Shown here piece by piece: positions 37,236 to 46,839 of a stretch of DNA of 64,000 nucleotides. Every line of letters starts with the position of its first letter. The stretch's first letter is position 1. A model generated the notes under the pieces. The model saw nothing but the letters and a program-made list of their open reading frames with translations, had not been told where the DNA came from and did no database searches. Origin of the DNA: Patescibacteria group bacterium. Lineage in GTDB: Bacteria > Patescibacteriota > Patescibacteriia > UBA9934. Location of the stretch: assembly GCA_041660165.1 (NCBI GenBank), contig JBAZWW010000002.1:132074-196073 (forward strand), read 5' to 3'. The translations under genes and the position numbers were made by a program.

Positions 37236-38798
37236 TTACGGTGCTTTATCGCTGACACAGACGTCTTCTTTGAAGTTCCAGCGCCCGCAAGTGGCCGGGG
37301 GATTATGTGGTGTCCCGCCTCTGGTGTACGCAGAAGTGGTGTTGGTAATAGAACAAGAAGAAGAAACCTTCTTGTCATTGATTTCAAAGTGCCAGGCCTC
37401 TGCGCTTAATCTGCAGAAACCAGCGGCCACCATAGCTTGCATGAGTTTCACTTGGCAGTCCACATCTGCGGTGAAATTCCCGCTTCCTTCGCACCAGACA
37501 TCTACGGCCACGCGGGAGGTATGCGGGCAACGGCTTAAATCCGCATGGGACACAATCCCGCTGATGATGAGGTTGGGATCCGTTACTCCGGCCAGATCTC
37601 CTACAAGAGTGTATCTCCCGCCCACTTTTTTCACTACAGATGAATCCGCGGGGTTGCAGGTAACCGGACTGCAGACTCCGCCATGCGCCAGACAGCCCTT
37701 ATAAAAGAGCGTGGCCTGTTTAGTGAGATCGCGGTCTGCGGAACTAACCACCACGTTTTTGCCGGTCATGGTAAAGAAAGCGTCCGCCGCCTGGATGAGC
37801 ATGGGCCCGCCTTCAGGATCAATGTTAATCGGTCGATGGCCGCTGATGGCGTTAATGATGTGCGTTCCCTCAACTGGCGCGAAGGCTCCCGTGAGTGCAG
37901 AGTTTGCTGTTCCTTGTTCTTCTTCTTCAACTCCCGATGTATCTAGCGATACTCCGCGTATATCAATAAGCGACAGCGGACCAAAGGTCACCGTGGCGGG
38001 GTCAAGCAGGAAAGCGATATCGTAGGCAGCGAAAAGAAGGATAAGGCCAATGACCGCGTTTTTGATTCTCGTCTTTGCCTTTTCTACGCGCTTGGCGCTG
38101 CCACCAGAAATAGTATATTCGAGTCCGCCAATCATGAGCATGACCACCGCAATGAGGGACATGGCTACGAGCAGAAATCTGTACACGGCTTGAATGTAGA
38201 GGCCCAAGAAGTTTGAGGTGACTGTTCCTGTCTCGGTATTCTGAAAAAGCGAGTTGGCAAAATCTAACCCCGGAATAGGCACGTTGAGAATCGGAATGAC
38301 TGGATCGCGTTTTGGCGCGATGGGTTCCGCCAGCGGGGGAGCTGAGGGAGCGGCGATGCACTTGAAAGATATGAGGCCGCCAACGCCACAGGTTGTTTGG
38401 CAGGCGTCTTCTGTGAGGGGCCCGAAGAGTCTTACATCCTGTGAAGCAATAGAAGCGCGGCACATACAACGAAAGTCCGCCGGATTTGTAGTACAAACGC
38501 TGTATGTAGTGCGGTTTTCGAGCGCGGTGTTAGCACCGAGACTTAGTTCCGTTCCTATGCATTCGTTGAATTGGTAGGAAACGCCATTCAAATTATCGCA
38601 ATCCGCTTCACAATCAATAGCCGTATCGGTTGTGGTGGTGATTATGTCTTCTGGTCCGGCAGGCTGACCGCCGGTGTCGAGAAAGCACATGCATTCGTTA
38701 CTGTCGGGATTGTTTGTGCAATCAAGCGCCGCAAATGAAAGCTTCGGGATGAAGAGGAGGAAGAAGCCGGCAACCATGATCGAAAGAAGATATTTCAC
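37236..38798 (-). CDS. Secreted protein with Cys-rich N-terminal region, one internal TM helix, and a C-terminal M15/VanY-like (LAS) peptidoglycan peptidase domain
   Basis: Signal peptide MKYLLSIMVAGFFLLFIPKLSFA, many Cys, TM segment LLVAMSLIAVVMLMIGG...VIGLILLFAAY. HxxxxAVD and WHFE motifs typical of M15 peptidases. Confidence 0.6.
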   Translation of the reverse strand: MKYLLSIMVAGFFLLFIPKLSFAALDCTNNPDSNECMCFLDTGGQPAGPEDIITTTTDTAIDCEADCDNLNGVSYQFNECIGTELSLGANTALENRTTYSVCTTNPADFRCMCRASIASQDVRLFGPLTEDACQTTCGVGGLISFKCIAAPSAPPLAEPIAPKRDPVIPILNVPIPGLDFANSLFQNTETGTVTSNFLGLYIQAVYRFLLVAMSLIAVVMLMIGGLEYTISGGSAKRVEKAKTRIKNAVIGLILLFAAYDIAFLLDPATVTFGPLSLIDIRGVSLDTSGVEEEEQGTANSALTGAFAPVEGTHIINAISGHRPINIDPEGGPMLIQAADAFFTMTGKNVVVSSADRDLTKQATLFYKGCLAHGGVCSPVTCNPADSSVVKKVGGRYTLVGDLAGVTDPNLIISGIVSHADLSRCPHTSRVAVDVWCEGSGNFTADVDCQVKLMQAMVAAGFCRLSAEAWHFEINDKKVSSSCSITNTTSAYTRGGTPHNPPATCGRWNFKEDVCVSDKAP

Positions 38799-38800
38799 AA

Positions 38801-39436
38801 TTATTTGAGGATAGCGTCTATGGCGCGTTTGAGAACGCTGGTGGACAGATCGCCCGAATAGCGGACGTTATTGAGATAGATGGTTGGCGTGGTAGTTATT
38901 TGCAGGAGCGTGCCTTCATCATAGCCCCTTTGGACAAGCGGGAGCGTTTCTTGGCTCGTGAAGCACCGGCTGAACTTATTCACATTCAGTTTGAGGTCCG
39001 TGGCAATTTTTGTATAGAGGTCCGTGCCAAGGAGCGACTGATTCATCATGAGGGCCGAATGAAATTCCCAGAACTTTTTTTGCTTTTCCCCGCATCGGGC
39101 GGCAATGGCGGAAGAAATTGCTTCACCATGCGCGCCGGAGTTCGGCATATCCTTCCACACAATCCGCAGTTTATCCCCATACTGATCGCGCAGATCTTTG
39201 AGGGTGGACTCGAACAAGGCGCAGGCTTGGCACTGATAGTCTCCGTAGTTCACAATAGTGACCGGTGCATTTTGTGGTCCAAGCGAAGGATCAGCAATAG
39301 TAATCTCCGGAACGGTAGGCGCTTGCTTGTCCGTGAAGGTGATGTGGTTTCTGACGGGAAGCGAGAGAATGAAAAAAACAAAGATGACCGCTGTTACTCC
39401 CGCCAAGATGGCAAATCCCTGCCAGAAGTATTTCAT
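38801..39436 (-). CDS. DsbA/BdbD-family thiol-disulfide oxidoreductase, membrane-anchored
   Basis: N-terminal TM helix and thioredoxin CQAC active site. Confidence 0.75.
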   Translation of the reverse strand: MKYFWQGFAILAGVTAVIFVFFILSLPVRNHITFTDKQAPTVPEITIADPSLGPQNAPVTIVNYGDYQCQACALFESTLKDLRDQYGDKLRIVWKDMPNSGAHGEAISSAIAARCGEKQKKFWEFHSALMMNQSLLGTDLYTKIATDLKLNVNKFSRCFTSQETLPLVQRGYDEGTLLQITTTPTIYLNNVRYSGDLSTSVLKRAIDAILK

Positions 39437-39438
39437 AG

Positions 39439-40662
39439 TTACTTTAATCTGAGGAGGTTGAGCCGTCCGCTTTTATCAGAGTAATAGAGCGCATCTCCGG
39501 CCGGCGTGATGGACAGATTGAACATCTGTGTGGGCACGGCGGGAATAGCTACCACGCTGGTATTCATGGTGTTCAGATCAACTTTGAAAAGCGTGTCATT
39601 CGCGGTAATTAGATCAGGAGCGCTTCCTCCGCCTGCGGGCATGACGGCTGGCACGGCGCAGTACGCCACGGTTGAGGTTGAGAATGTGCACTTACTGGCC
39701 AGCGTTTGGAGAGGAATCTGGCGTCTGGCGGATCCTTTGCGGTCCCCATCTTTGTCAGCGTACCAAAGCGTAGCGCGATAATCTTGCGAATCATCGGCAA
39801 CTGAGTAGATGAGGTGTGATGAATCAGGGGTCCACTTTGCGGTAAAACTTGATCCGTTCACAATGAGTACGCCTGCATCCTTGCCGTTCTTATCAATCAT
39901 GTAGATCTCATTTTGGCCAAAGGCGCTCCCGCCAGGGCCGGTTGCTGAAAAGCCTACAACGCTTCCGTCTGGCGACCAATTCACGCCAACTTTGTCCTGG
40001 TTTGCGCCAAGCGCGGCAATAGGCGTGGCAGAAGAACCGTCAGCGGAGGAGATGACCAGCGCTCTGGCAGAAGGATCTACAGCCACGCTTTTGGCGGCCA
40101 CCTGGCTTCCGTCTTGAGAGAAGGAAAAGCCTTCCCAGTGTGCAGGAAGCGTAGACTGCGTGCTTTTTTCAAAGTTATAAACCACGTTGCTTCCATCAGG
40201 AAACTCCACCGCGGCTTCCGTACCGGATCCTGAAAACGTCACATTTGAGGCTTGGGGAAACTTGGCTTGTGAAAGAGCGGTGGCTGTTCCGTTTTGATCT
40301 ATTGAGTAGAATTTTCCGTCCGCCGGGTCATAGTACGCAATGGAGCCATTTGCCATGACCGTTGGCTGGCGGACTGCTGAGGTAGTGAGCGTGAAGGTGG
40401 AGGTTTTTCCGCCATTGGCAATTTGAGAGATCGGAAGCGTGCCGGTCCCCGTGCCGGGCGTAGTGCCTGAGCCGGGAATAATAGGGATTCCAGCACCTGC
40501 GGTTGGCAGACTGCCCGTTCCAATAGCTGGCGGGGGGGTGACAGCGACTGGTATCACGCTTGGTCTGGCGCGGAAGAAGAGGAAATACATGCCCGTGCCT
40601 ATTGCCAGGGTGATGAGAAGCAATCCGCCAAGACGGACGAACATTTGTGTGCGTTCAGACAT
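39439..40662 (-). CDS. N-terminally anchored beta-propeller protein (TolB-like / PD40-type repeats)
   Basis: TM helix followed by a Gly/Thr/Pro-rich linker and repeated ...DGS..A/V..S.DG... strands. Start chosen at the internal Met MSERTQ, which avoids overlap with the upstream gene; the ORF track starts at 40710. Confidence 0.5.
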   Translation of the reverse strand: MSERTQMFVRLGGLLLITLAIGTGMYFLFFRARPSVIPVAVTPPPAIGTGSLPTAGAGIPIIPGSGTTPGTGTGTLPISQIANGGKTSTFTLTTSAVRQPTVMANGSIAYYDPADGKFYSIDQNGTATALSQAKFPQASNVTFSGSGTEAAVEFPDGSNVVYNFEKSTQSTLPAHWEGFSFSQDGSQVAAKSVAVDPSARALVISSADGSSATPIAALGANQDKVGVNWSPDGSVVGFSATGPGGSAFGQNEIYMIDKNGKDAGVLIVNGSSFTAKWTPDSSHLIYSVADDSQDYRATLWYADKDGDRKGSARRQIPLQTLASKCTFSTSTVAYCAVPAVMPAGGGSAPDLITANDTLFKVDLNTMNTSVVAIPAVPTQMFNLSITPAGDALYYSDKSGRLNLLRLK

Positions 40663-40666
40663 ACAT

Positions 40667-41566
40667 TTATGAAGGAATATGGGAAATAATGACGGTTGCA
40701 ATTGGTCCAAAGCCAGGGAAAAAATCGTATACTTTCTGTGCGGTCAGAACAATGGAAATAAAGATGAAGAGGAGAATGGTGACGGCTACCATGGCCATGA
40801 TGGCTTCAAACAGGAAATAGGCAAAGTCTCCCGGTTCTTTGAGCGGATGGTATGGCGGGACAATGGTGTGAATGAACGTTTTAGCGGCAGATTTTGCTAG
40901 CTGGTTTTTCACGAAGTCCTTGCGGGATTCGTAGCGGGACTGCTTTGTCTGCTGATATTGTTGGAGGAAGGAAGGCTCAATTTCTTCGGGAACAAGAATG
41001 GTGACCGCACCGCGCAGAAGGTCATAGGTGTAGGAAATAAAGAACGTGATCCAGCCGTCTTCTCCCGGCGCGTCTAATGCGTTTGCTCCGTGGCCGATGA
41101 TCTTCGCTGCCCAGCGCGTAAGTTTTTTTGTGCCTTCTTTTGCCATTTTTTGCGCCTGTTCTTTTGCCTGTTCTCCGGCTCGTTGCCCGGCCTGATTGGC
41201 TGCCTGCTTCAGCCGTCCCCGGATTCCGCCCAGCTGTGAAACGCCAAGATTGCGGGATTCATTTCTGAGTGATTGTTCCTGGCCAGCCAGAGTGTCCATG
41301 GCCGATTCTTCACCTCCGGTTGGGCCAGTTGGAATAGTCAAAGAAGAGCGGGCCAGCTCCGCCATTTTATAGCGTTGTCGTTCTGCTGACCACTTATTTT
41401 CTGGTGGAAGGTTTTGTTCGGCTTGGATAACGTTTCCCGGAAGATCCTCGCTAATGCTGGGCGCATCTTGAAGCTGTGCTTGAGACCTGGCGGCCACTTG
41501 GCTTTTATGCAAAATATCCGCGGCTGTCCGCGGGTCAAATGCTTGGGCTGTGGCCACACTCGCCAT
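40667..41566 (-). CDS. Hypothetical protein with a C-terminal TM helix (299 aa)
   Basis: ORF with a Gln/Ala-rich N-terminal half and a hydrophobic C-terminus. Confidence 0.55.
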   Translation of the reverse strand: MASVATAQAFDPRTAADILHKSQVAARSQAQLQDAPSISEDLPGNVIQAEQNLPPENKWSAERQRYKMAELARSSLTIPTGPTGGEESAMDTLAGQEQSLRNESRNLGVSQLGGIRGRLKQAANQAGQRAGEQAKEQAQKMAKEGTKKLTRWAAKIIGHGANALDAPGEDGWITFFISYTYDLLRGAVTILVPEEIEPSFLQQYQQTKQSRYESRKDFVKNQLAKSAAKTFIHTIVPPYHPLKEPGDFAYFLFEAIMAMVAVTILLFIFISIVLTAQKVYDFFPGFGPIATVIISHIPS

Positions 41567-41574
41567 ATAGGCGA

Positions 41575-43842
41575 TTATAGCACGATGACGCTTCCTTTTT
41601 TGCTAACCTTCACCTTATAGCTCCCGTGTTTTCGGCCGATGTTTTCTAAAACCTTCTCGGCGAGTGGTCTTTCAATCTGTTCTTCAATCACTCGGCGTAG
41701 GTCTCTGGCGCCGAATTTCTTATTCACGGCTTTGGCGAGTATAGGCAGTGCTCGCGCTTCTGAAGTCAGGGCAATCCCGTGATTTTTTAGACGCTGGCCA
41801 AGCTCGGCGAGTTCTTTTTTGGCAATTTGCATCAAGTGATCCTCGTTCAACGGCCTGAAGAGACAGACCCGGTCAATGCGGTTCAGGAGCTCGGTCTTGA
41901 ACGAGTCTTCGAGGATATTGCGTACGTCGAGTTTCTCACTTTTCTCGTTTGTGAAGCCAACCGCTCCGCGTTCAAATCGTTCGCGTCCGGCGTTGCTCGT
42001 CATAATGATGATCGTGTTCCTGAAATTCACCGGCGCGCCCGTGGCATCGGTGAGGGTTCCTTCGTCGAGTATTTGGAGCAGGAGGTGATGGATTTCTCTA
42101 TGTGCCTTTTCTATTTCGTCGAACAGAATAACGGCGTGGGGTTTGGCTTTTACGGCATCGGTCAATAATGCTTGATCCCTATAACCAACGTATCCGGGAG
42201 GGGAGCCGATGAGTTTGCTGACCGTGTGCGGTTCAGCGAATTCGCTCATGTCCAGACGGATGAGCGACTTGTTGTCGCCGAATACTTCCTCGGCTACGGC
42301 CTTGGCGAGTGCAGTTTTGCCCACACCCGATGGGCCGACAAAAAGAAACGAGACGAGCGGACGTTCCGGTTTGGTGAAGCCAAGTCTGGCGCGGGTGATC
42401 GCACCAACGACTGACTCAACTGCATCATCCTGCGCTACCACACGACGGGCTAATCTCTCGCCGAGAGTTTTCAGTTCGAAGGCTCCGTGGACATTCAATC
42501 GTTCAACCGGAATGCCCGAAATTCGCGAGGCTACTTTGGCAATGAACTGCTCGTCGATCGCGGTTGTACTTGAGCTCTTGCCTGCACTGCCGGCTTCATC
42601 AAGGAGATCAATCGCCTTATCGGGAAATTTTTTGTGCGGGAAATAGCGCGCCGTGATTTCAATGATCGCTTTCAAGGCCTCGGCCGAGTACTTTACGGCA
42701 TGGTGTTTTTCATATCCACCAGCCAGGCCTTTCAAGATGACGAGCGTTTCTTCGGCGCTTGGTTCCCCTACGTTAATACTCGCGAATCTTCGAGCGAGTG
42801 CGCCGTCTTGCTCGATATGTTTTTTGTATTCCTCGCGCGTAGTGGCGCCAATGACGCGGATTTCTCCACGGGCCAGCGCGGGCTTGAAAATGTTTGAGGC
42901 ATCAAGCGCTCCACCGCCAGCACCGGCGCCCATGATGGTATGGAGCTCGTCAATAAAGAGGATTGCTTCTTTGTGTTCCTTGAGATCATCAATCACATCA
43001 AGCAAGCGCGCCTCAAAATCGCCCCGGTACATGGCGCCAGCCACAATAGACGCCATGTCTAGCATGTAAATTTTCTGGCCCTTGAGCGCCGGGGGAGCGG
43101 TGTCCTCCACAATGCGTTTCGCTAAGCCCTCAACAATGGCCGTTTTGCCAACGCCGGGATCGCCAAGCAGAAGCGGATTGTTTTTCGTTCGCCGGCAAAG
43201 AATGTGCGAGAGCCGGTCAATTTCTGCACTTCGGCCAACCAGTGCATCCGCTTTTTTCACTCGGTCAGGGGCAGTGAGTTCTACGCAGAAAAATTCAAGC
43301 GCGGTTTTTTCTTCAGCCTCATTTGCATCATGCGTCTCTCCGCAGTGCTCGCACTTTTCAACTGGCTTTGCTTCAACCTTGGCCGGTGTTTGCTTTTGAA
43401 AGGCGGCGGTTAAGTGGCGCTCAAGAAAAGCGTGCGTTACTTTATTGCCCTCAAGAAATTTGTTGATTTCCGGTTGTTTGAGCGACAGGATGCCGTAGAG
43501 CAGATGTTCGGTACCGATCATTTGATGGCCGTGCATGGAGGCGGTGAGGAGCGCTTTTTCAACTGCCCGGTGTGATTCCTGGGAGAGGTGCGGACTGATG
43601 TCTTTCGGTTCGTGTTTCTTAAGCGCCACCGCCGGCATTCCGCCCATGAACTTCATGACGGATTCGCGTTGAATCCCCGCGTGCCCAAAAACCGTTTCTG
43701 CAAAAGAACCCGGCTCCGTGGTAATGGCCCACAGCAAATGGCGGGGCGTAATGAACTGACTTTCCTCATCCAGCGCAAAAGCCAGCGCTCTAGTGAGCGA
43801 GGTTTTGAGATGTTCAGAGAATTTGTCGAATGCTTCGGACAT
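41575..43842 (-). CDS. clpC: Clp ATPase with two nucleotide-binding domains (ClpC/ClpB-family chaperone)
   Basis: Clp N-domain repeats, D1 [16 protein letters not shown]2 GPSGVGKTALAKAV, and the sensor motif GARDLRRVIE; 755 aa. Confidence 0.8.
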   Translation of the reverse strand: MSEAFDKFSEHLKTSLTRALAFALDEESQFITPRHLLWAITTEPGSFAETVFGHAGIQRESVMKFMGGMPAVALKKHEPKDISPHLSQESHRAVEKALLTASMHGHQMIGTEHLLYGILSLKQPEINKFLEGNKVTHAFLERHLTAAFQKQTPAKVEAKPVEKCEHCGETHDANEAEEKTALEFFCVELTAPDRVKKADALVGRSAEIDRLSHILCRRTKNNPLLLGDPGVGKTAIVEGLAKRIVEDTAPPALKGQKIYMLDMASIVAGAMYRGDFEARLLDVIDDLKEHKEAILFIDELHTIMGAGAGGGALDASNIFKPALARGEIRVIGATTREEYKKHIEQDGALARRFASINVGEPSAEETLVILKGLAGGYEKHHAVKYSAEALKAIIEITARYFPHKKFPDKAIDLLDEAGSAGKSSSTTAIDEQFIAKVASRISGIPVERLNVHGAFELKTLGERLARRVVAQDDAVESVVGAITRARLGFTKPERPLVSFLFVGPSGVGKTALAKAVAEEVFGDNKSLIRLDMSEFAEPHTVSKLIGSPPGYVGYRDQALLTDAVKAKPHAVILFDEIEKAHREIHHLLLQILDEGTLTDATGAPVNFRNTIIIMTSNAGRERFERGAVGFTNEKSEKLDVRNILEDSFKTELLNRIDRVCLFRPLNEDHLMQIAKKELAELGQRLKNHGIALTSEARALPILAKAVNKKFGARDLRRVIEEQIERPLAEKVLENIGRKHGSYKVKVSKKGSVIVL

Positions 43843-43879
43843 AGTGAGAGGGAAGTCAGGTTTTAGGTGTCAGGTATCA

Positions 43880-43965
43880 GGTTCCCATCCCATCCTGAGC
43901 AATAGCGAAGGATCCGCCCCTCACCGGTGAAAGTCGGACCCTTCGCATGGCTCAGGGTGGGAACC
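43880..43965. repeat. Copy A of the palindromic repeat family (intergenic, between the htpX stop and the clpC start)
   Basis: GGTTCCCATCCCATCCTGAGCAATAGCGAAGGATCCGCCCCTCACCGGTGAAAGTCGGACCCTTCGCATGGCTCAGGGTGGGAACC. The two halves are mutually reverse-complementary (terminal inverted repeats). Confidence 0.7.
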
Positions 43966-43966
43966 A

Positions 43967-44839
43967 TTAGCCTCCCATGCTTCGCAATCGTTTTATCCTC
44001 TCCTCAACCGGCGGATGAGTGGAAAAGAGTTTCGAAGCTTTTCCGGCGAATGGATTCATAATGAACAAATGGGCCGTGGCCTGATTCGCTTGTTGCATCG
44101 GGATATTCGCCTGTGAAATTTTTTCGAGGGCGGAGGCCAGCCCTTCCGGGTATCTCGTCAAAAGCGCACCGGAAGCATCGGCCAGGTATTCGTGACTGCG
44201 GGAGACAGCGAGTTTGATGAGTTGCGCGATGAGTGGCGAGAGCACGGAGAGGAGAACACCGACGAGCATGAGAACGATCATGGCGTCACCGCCCTTGCGG
44301 GATCCTCGGAATCTTGTATGCAGGAAGATGTTCGCCAGAAGCGTGAGCGCGCCAACGAGGACTACTACAAGTGTCATGACACGAATGTCGTAATTCTTCA
44401 CGTGCGACAGCTCGTGGGCCGCCACTCCTTGGAGTTCTGACTTTTCGAGAATGGCCAGGAGGCCGGTTGTGAACACTATGGCCGAATGCTCAGGATCTCG
44501 TCCCGTGGCAAAAGCGTTCGGCGAGGGGTCTTCGATAATATGCACCGTCGGCATCGGTACGCCGTCCGTGATGCAGAGATTCTCCACCAAGTTCCAAAGT
44601 TCCGGATTGTCCGCTTTCTGGATCTGTTTTGCCCCGCTTGTCGATAAAGCAATCCTCGCCGAAAGATAATAACTGATGAGCGAGTAGACGCTGGCAATCA
44701 TGGTACCAATGACAATTGAGGACCCAATGTCCAGGTCGTACGCCACTCCAAAGACAGCGCTAAAGACGACTATCACTGCACAGGCAATGAAGATAAGAAT
44801 CCACGTCTTTCGCTTATTGGCAGTGATTGCAGAGTACAT
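43967..44839 (-). CDS. htpX: Zinc metalloprotease HtpX (M48 family)
   Basis: HELSHV zinc-binding motif and multiple TM helices; 290 aa. Confidence 0.85.
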   Translation of the reverse strand: MYSAITANKRKTWILIFIACAVIVVFSAVFGVAYDLDIGSSIVIGTMIASVYSLISYYLSARIALSTSGAKQIQKADNPELWNLVENLCITDGVPMPTVHIIEDPSPNAFATGRDPEHSAIVFTTGLLAILEKSELQGVAAHELSHVKNYDIRVMTLVVVLVGALTLLANIFLHTRFRGSRKGGDAMIVLMLVGVLLSVLSPLIAQLIKLAVSRSHEYLADASGALLTRYPEGLASALEKISQANIPMQQANQATAHLFIMNPFAGKASKLFSTHPPVEERIKRLRSMGG

Positions 44840-44841
44840 GT

Positions 44842-45390
44842 TTAGAACTTCACTTCAGGCACAGCATTTGCTTCCTCAGGCGCATCATAGAAATCGTACT
44901 TCTTGAAGCCCAAGGAATTTGCAATGAGATTATTCGGGAAGACCTGGATCTTGGTGTTGAAGTCGCGGGTCTGGCCATTGTAGAACCGGCGGGAAGCCTG
45001 GATCTTGTCTTCGGTATCTACCAACTCGGTCTGAAGCTGGCGAAAGTTCTCATTCGCCTTCAAGTCCGGATAGCTTTCTGCCACGGCGAACAATGATTTG
45101 AGCGTGCCCGTGAGTTGGTTTTCAGCCTGCGCATGTTCCGCGGGCGTATTAGCTTGCATGGCTTTACTCCTAGCCTCTGTCACTTTGGTGAAGACCGAGT
45201 CTTCATGCTGGGCATAGCCCTTTACGGTGTTGACGAGGTTTGGAATGAGGTCATACCGTCGCTTCAGCTGGACCTCAATATCGCCCAGCGCTTCCTCTAC
45301 TCTATTCTTGAGTGTGATGAGTCCGTTGTAGATGAACACAAGCCAGAGAACACCGGCTATGATGACGAGCAAAAGGATGGGCATGAACAT
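44842..45390 (-). CDS. lemA: LemA-family membrane protein
   Basis: N-terminal TM helix, then the conserved NGLITLKNRVEEALGDIEVQLKRRYDLIPNLV LemA region. Confidence 0.85.
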   Translation of the reverse strand: MFMPILLLVIIAGVLWLVFIYNGLITLKNRVEEALGDIEVQLKRRYDLIPNLVNTVKGYAQHEDSVFTKVTEARSKAMQANTPAEHAQAENQLTGTLKSLFAVAESYPDLKANENFRQLQTELVDTEDKIQASRRFYNGQTRDFNTKIQVFPNNLIANSLGFKKYDFYDAPEEANAVPEVKF

Positions 45391-45481
45391 ATGCGTTGCT
45401 TCCTTAGATAAAGAGTATTACTATTAGAGTAGTTTTATTGAGCTGTGCTGTCAAAGAAAATATTCTCTTTTTCGCTAACTT

Positions 45482-46813
45482 ATGCAGATCCCCGAACATA
45501 TTTTTCACGTTAATGATGTCAGGGGCCTGCTTGGCGAAGTCACCGCAGAGGTGGCCTACCTGTCCGGCCGGGCGCTCGTCCGTAAGACTGGCGCAAAAAC
45601 CGTGGTGGTTGGCCGTGATATGCGGTCTACCAGCCCCCTTCTCCAGGAGGAAGCTATCAAGGGCGTCATGAGCCTGGGCGCAAACGTCATTGATATCGGC
45701 CTCACCTCAACCTCAATTTACAATTTTGCCACCAGCAGTTTGGGCGAGGCTGAGGCGGGCATCATGATCACCGCTTCGCATAATCCTTCAGAGTATAACG
45801 GCATCAAATTTGCGGATAGCACGGGTTTGCCCATTTCCGGCTTGGACATTCTTTCAGCCATCAAAGAAGATGATGGAAAGATAGAGGTTTTCTCAACGGT
45901 CATGAAGAGGGACGTTATTCCTGTTTACGTTGACGCGTGTATTGCGCATATGGGGCCAGCGGATGTGAAGGGCATGAAGATAGCTGTTGATTATGGGAAC
46001 GGCATGGGCGCGCTCGCGCTTCGTCCGCTCGCCCAAAAACTTGGCGTTGAGCTGACGGAGTTATATGCAGAGCCTGATGCGCGATTTCCAAATCATGACG
46101 CTAATCCCGTGAAGCGTGAGACGCTGGCGGATCTGCAAAAACTGATGAAAGAGGGCGGTTTTGCTTTTGGCGTGGCGCTTGACGGGGACGCTGACAGAAT
46201 AGGTTTCCTTGATAATTTGGGCGAGCCTCTGCGCGGAGATGAGGCGCTCGCCCTGTTTGCCGGGGATGAGCTTGAGCGCCATCCCGGCGCCACGATTATT
46301 TATCAGCCGAACCATTCGTGGGCCACGATCAAGGCCATCCAGGACCACGGCGGGCGCGGAGTGCTCCGGCCCATTGGCCGGGCCAGGGTAGTTGAAGGCA
46401 TGCGGACGGAAAAAGCGCGCTTGGGCGGGGAAGTTTCCAGTCATTTCTTTTTTATCGAGTTTGGCGGGCTCGAATCCGTTGATTTTGCTTTTTGCCGGAT
46501 GCTTGCGCTCCTGGCGAAATCTGGAAAATCACTCGTTGAGTTGGCCTCGCCAATTCGAGCGTTTGCCAATAGTTGGGAAGTGAATTTTGAGGTGGCGGAT
46601 AAAGCCAAGGCGGTGGCCAGAGTAGAGGCAAAATACGCGCCTCTCGCTACGGATACGAATCGTATGGACGGCATCCGCATGGAGTTTGGCCATGACTGGT
46701 GGTTTATTCTCAGGGCCTCAAACACTGAGCCAGTGCTTCGTTTAACCGTTGAAGCAACCTCAAAGGAATTGATGGAAAAACGGCGTGATGAGATTTCCGG
46801 GCTGTTGTTCTAG
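45482..46813 (+). CDS. Alpha-D-phosphohexomutase (phosphomannomutase / phosphoglucomutase / GlmM-like)
   Basis: Active-site loop TASHNPSEYNGIKF and a Mg-binding DGDADR motif; 443 aa. Confidence 0.8.
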   Translation: MQIPEHIFHVNDVRGLLGEVTAEVAYLSGRALVRKTGAKTVVVGRDMRSTSPLLQEEAIKGVMSLGANVIDIGLTSTSIYNFATSSLGEAEAGIMITASHNPSEYNGIKFADSTGLPISGLDILSAIKEDDGKIEVFSTVMKRDVIPVYVDACIAHMGPADVKGMKIAVDYGNGMGALALRPLAQKLGVELTELYAEPDARFPNHDANPVKRETLADLQKLMKEGGFAFGVALDGDADRIGFLDNLGEPLRGDEALALFAGDELERHPGATIIYQPNHSWATIKAIQDHGGRGVLRPIGRARVVEGMRTEKARLGGEVSSHFFFIEFGGLESVDFAFCRMLALLAKSGKSLVELASPIRAFANSWEVNFEVADKAKAVARVEAKYAPLATDTNRMDGIRMEFGHDWWFILRASNTEPVLRLTVEATSKELMEKRRDEISGLLF

Positions 46814-46839
46814 TCTGTGTTCGAGTACAATTCGCCCGT

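Noticed and set aside
41575-43842. Possible zinc-finger insertion (CEHCGETHDAN...FFC) between the N-domain and D1 of the ClpC-like protein
   Set aside because: Only three Cys (plus one His) are present, which is not a convincing C4 or C2H2 site. It was noted but not reported as a finding.
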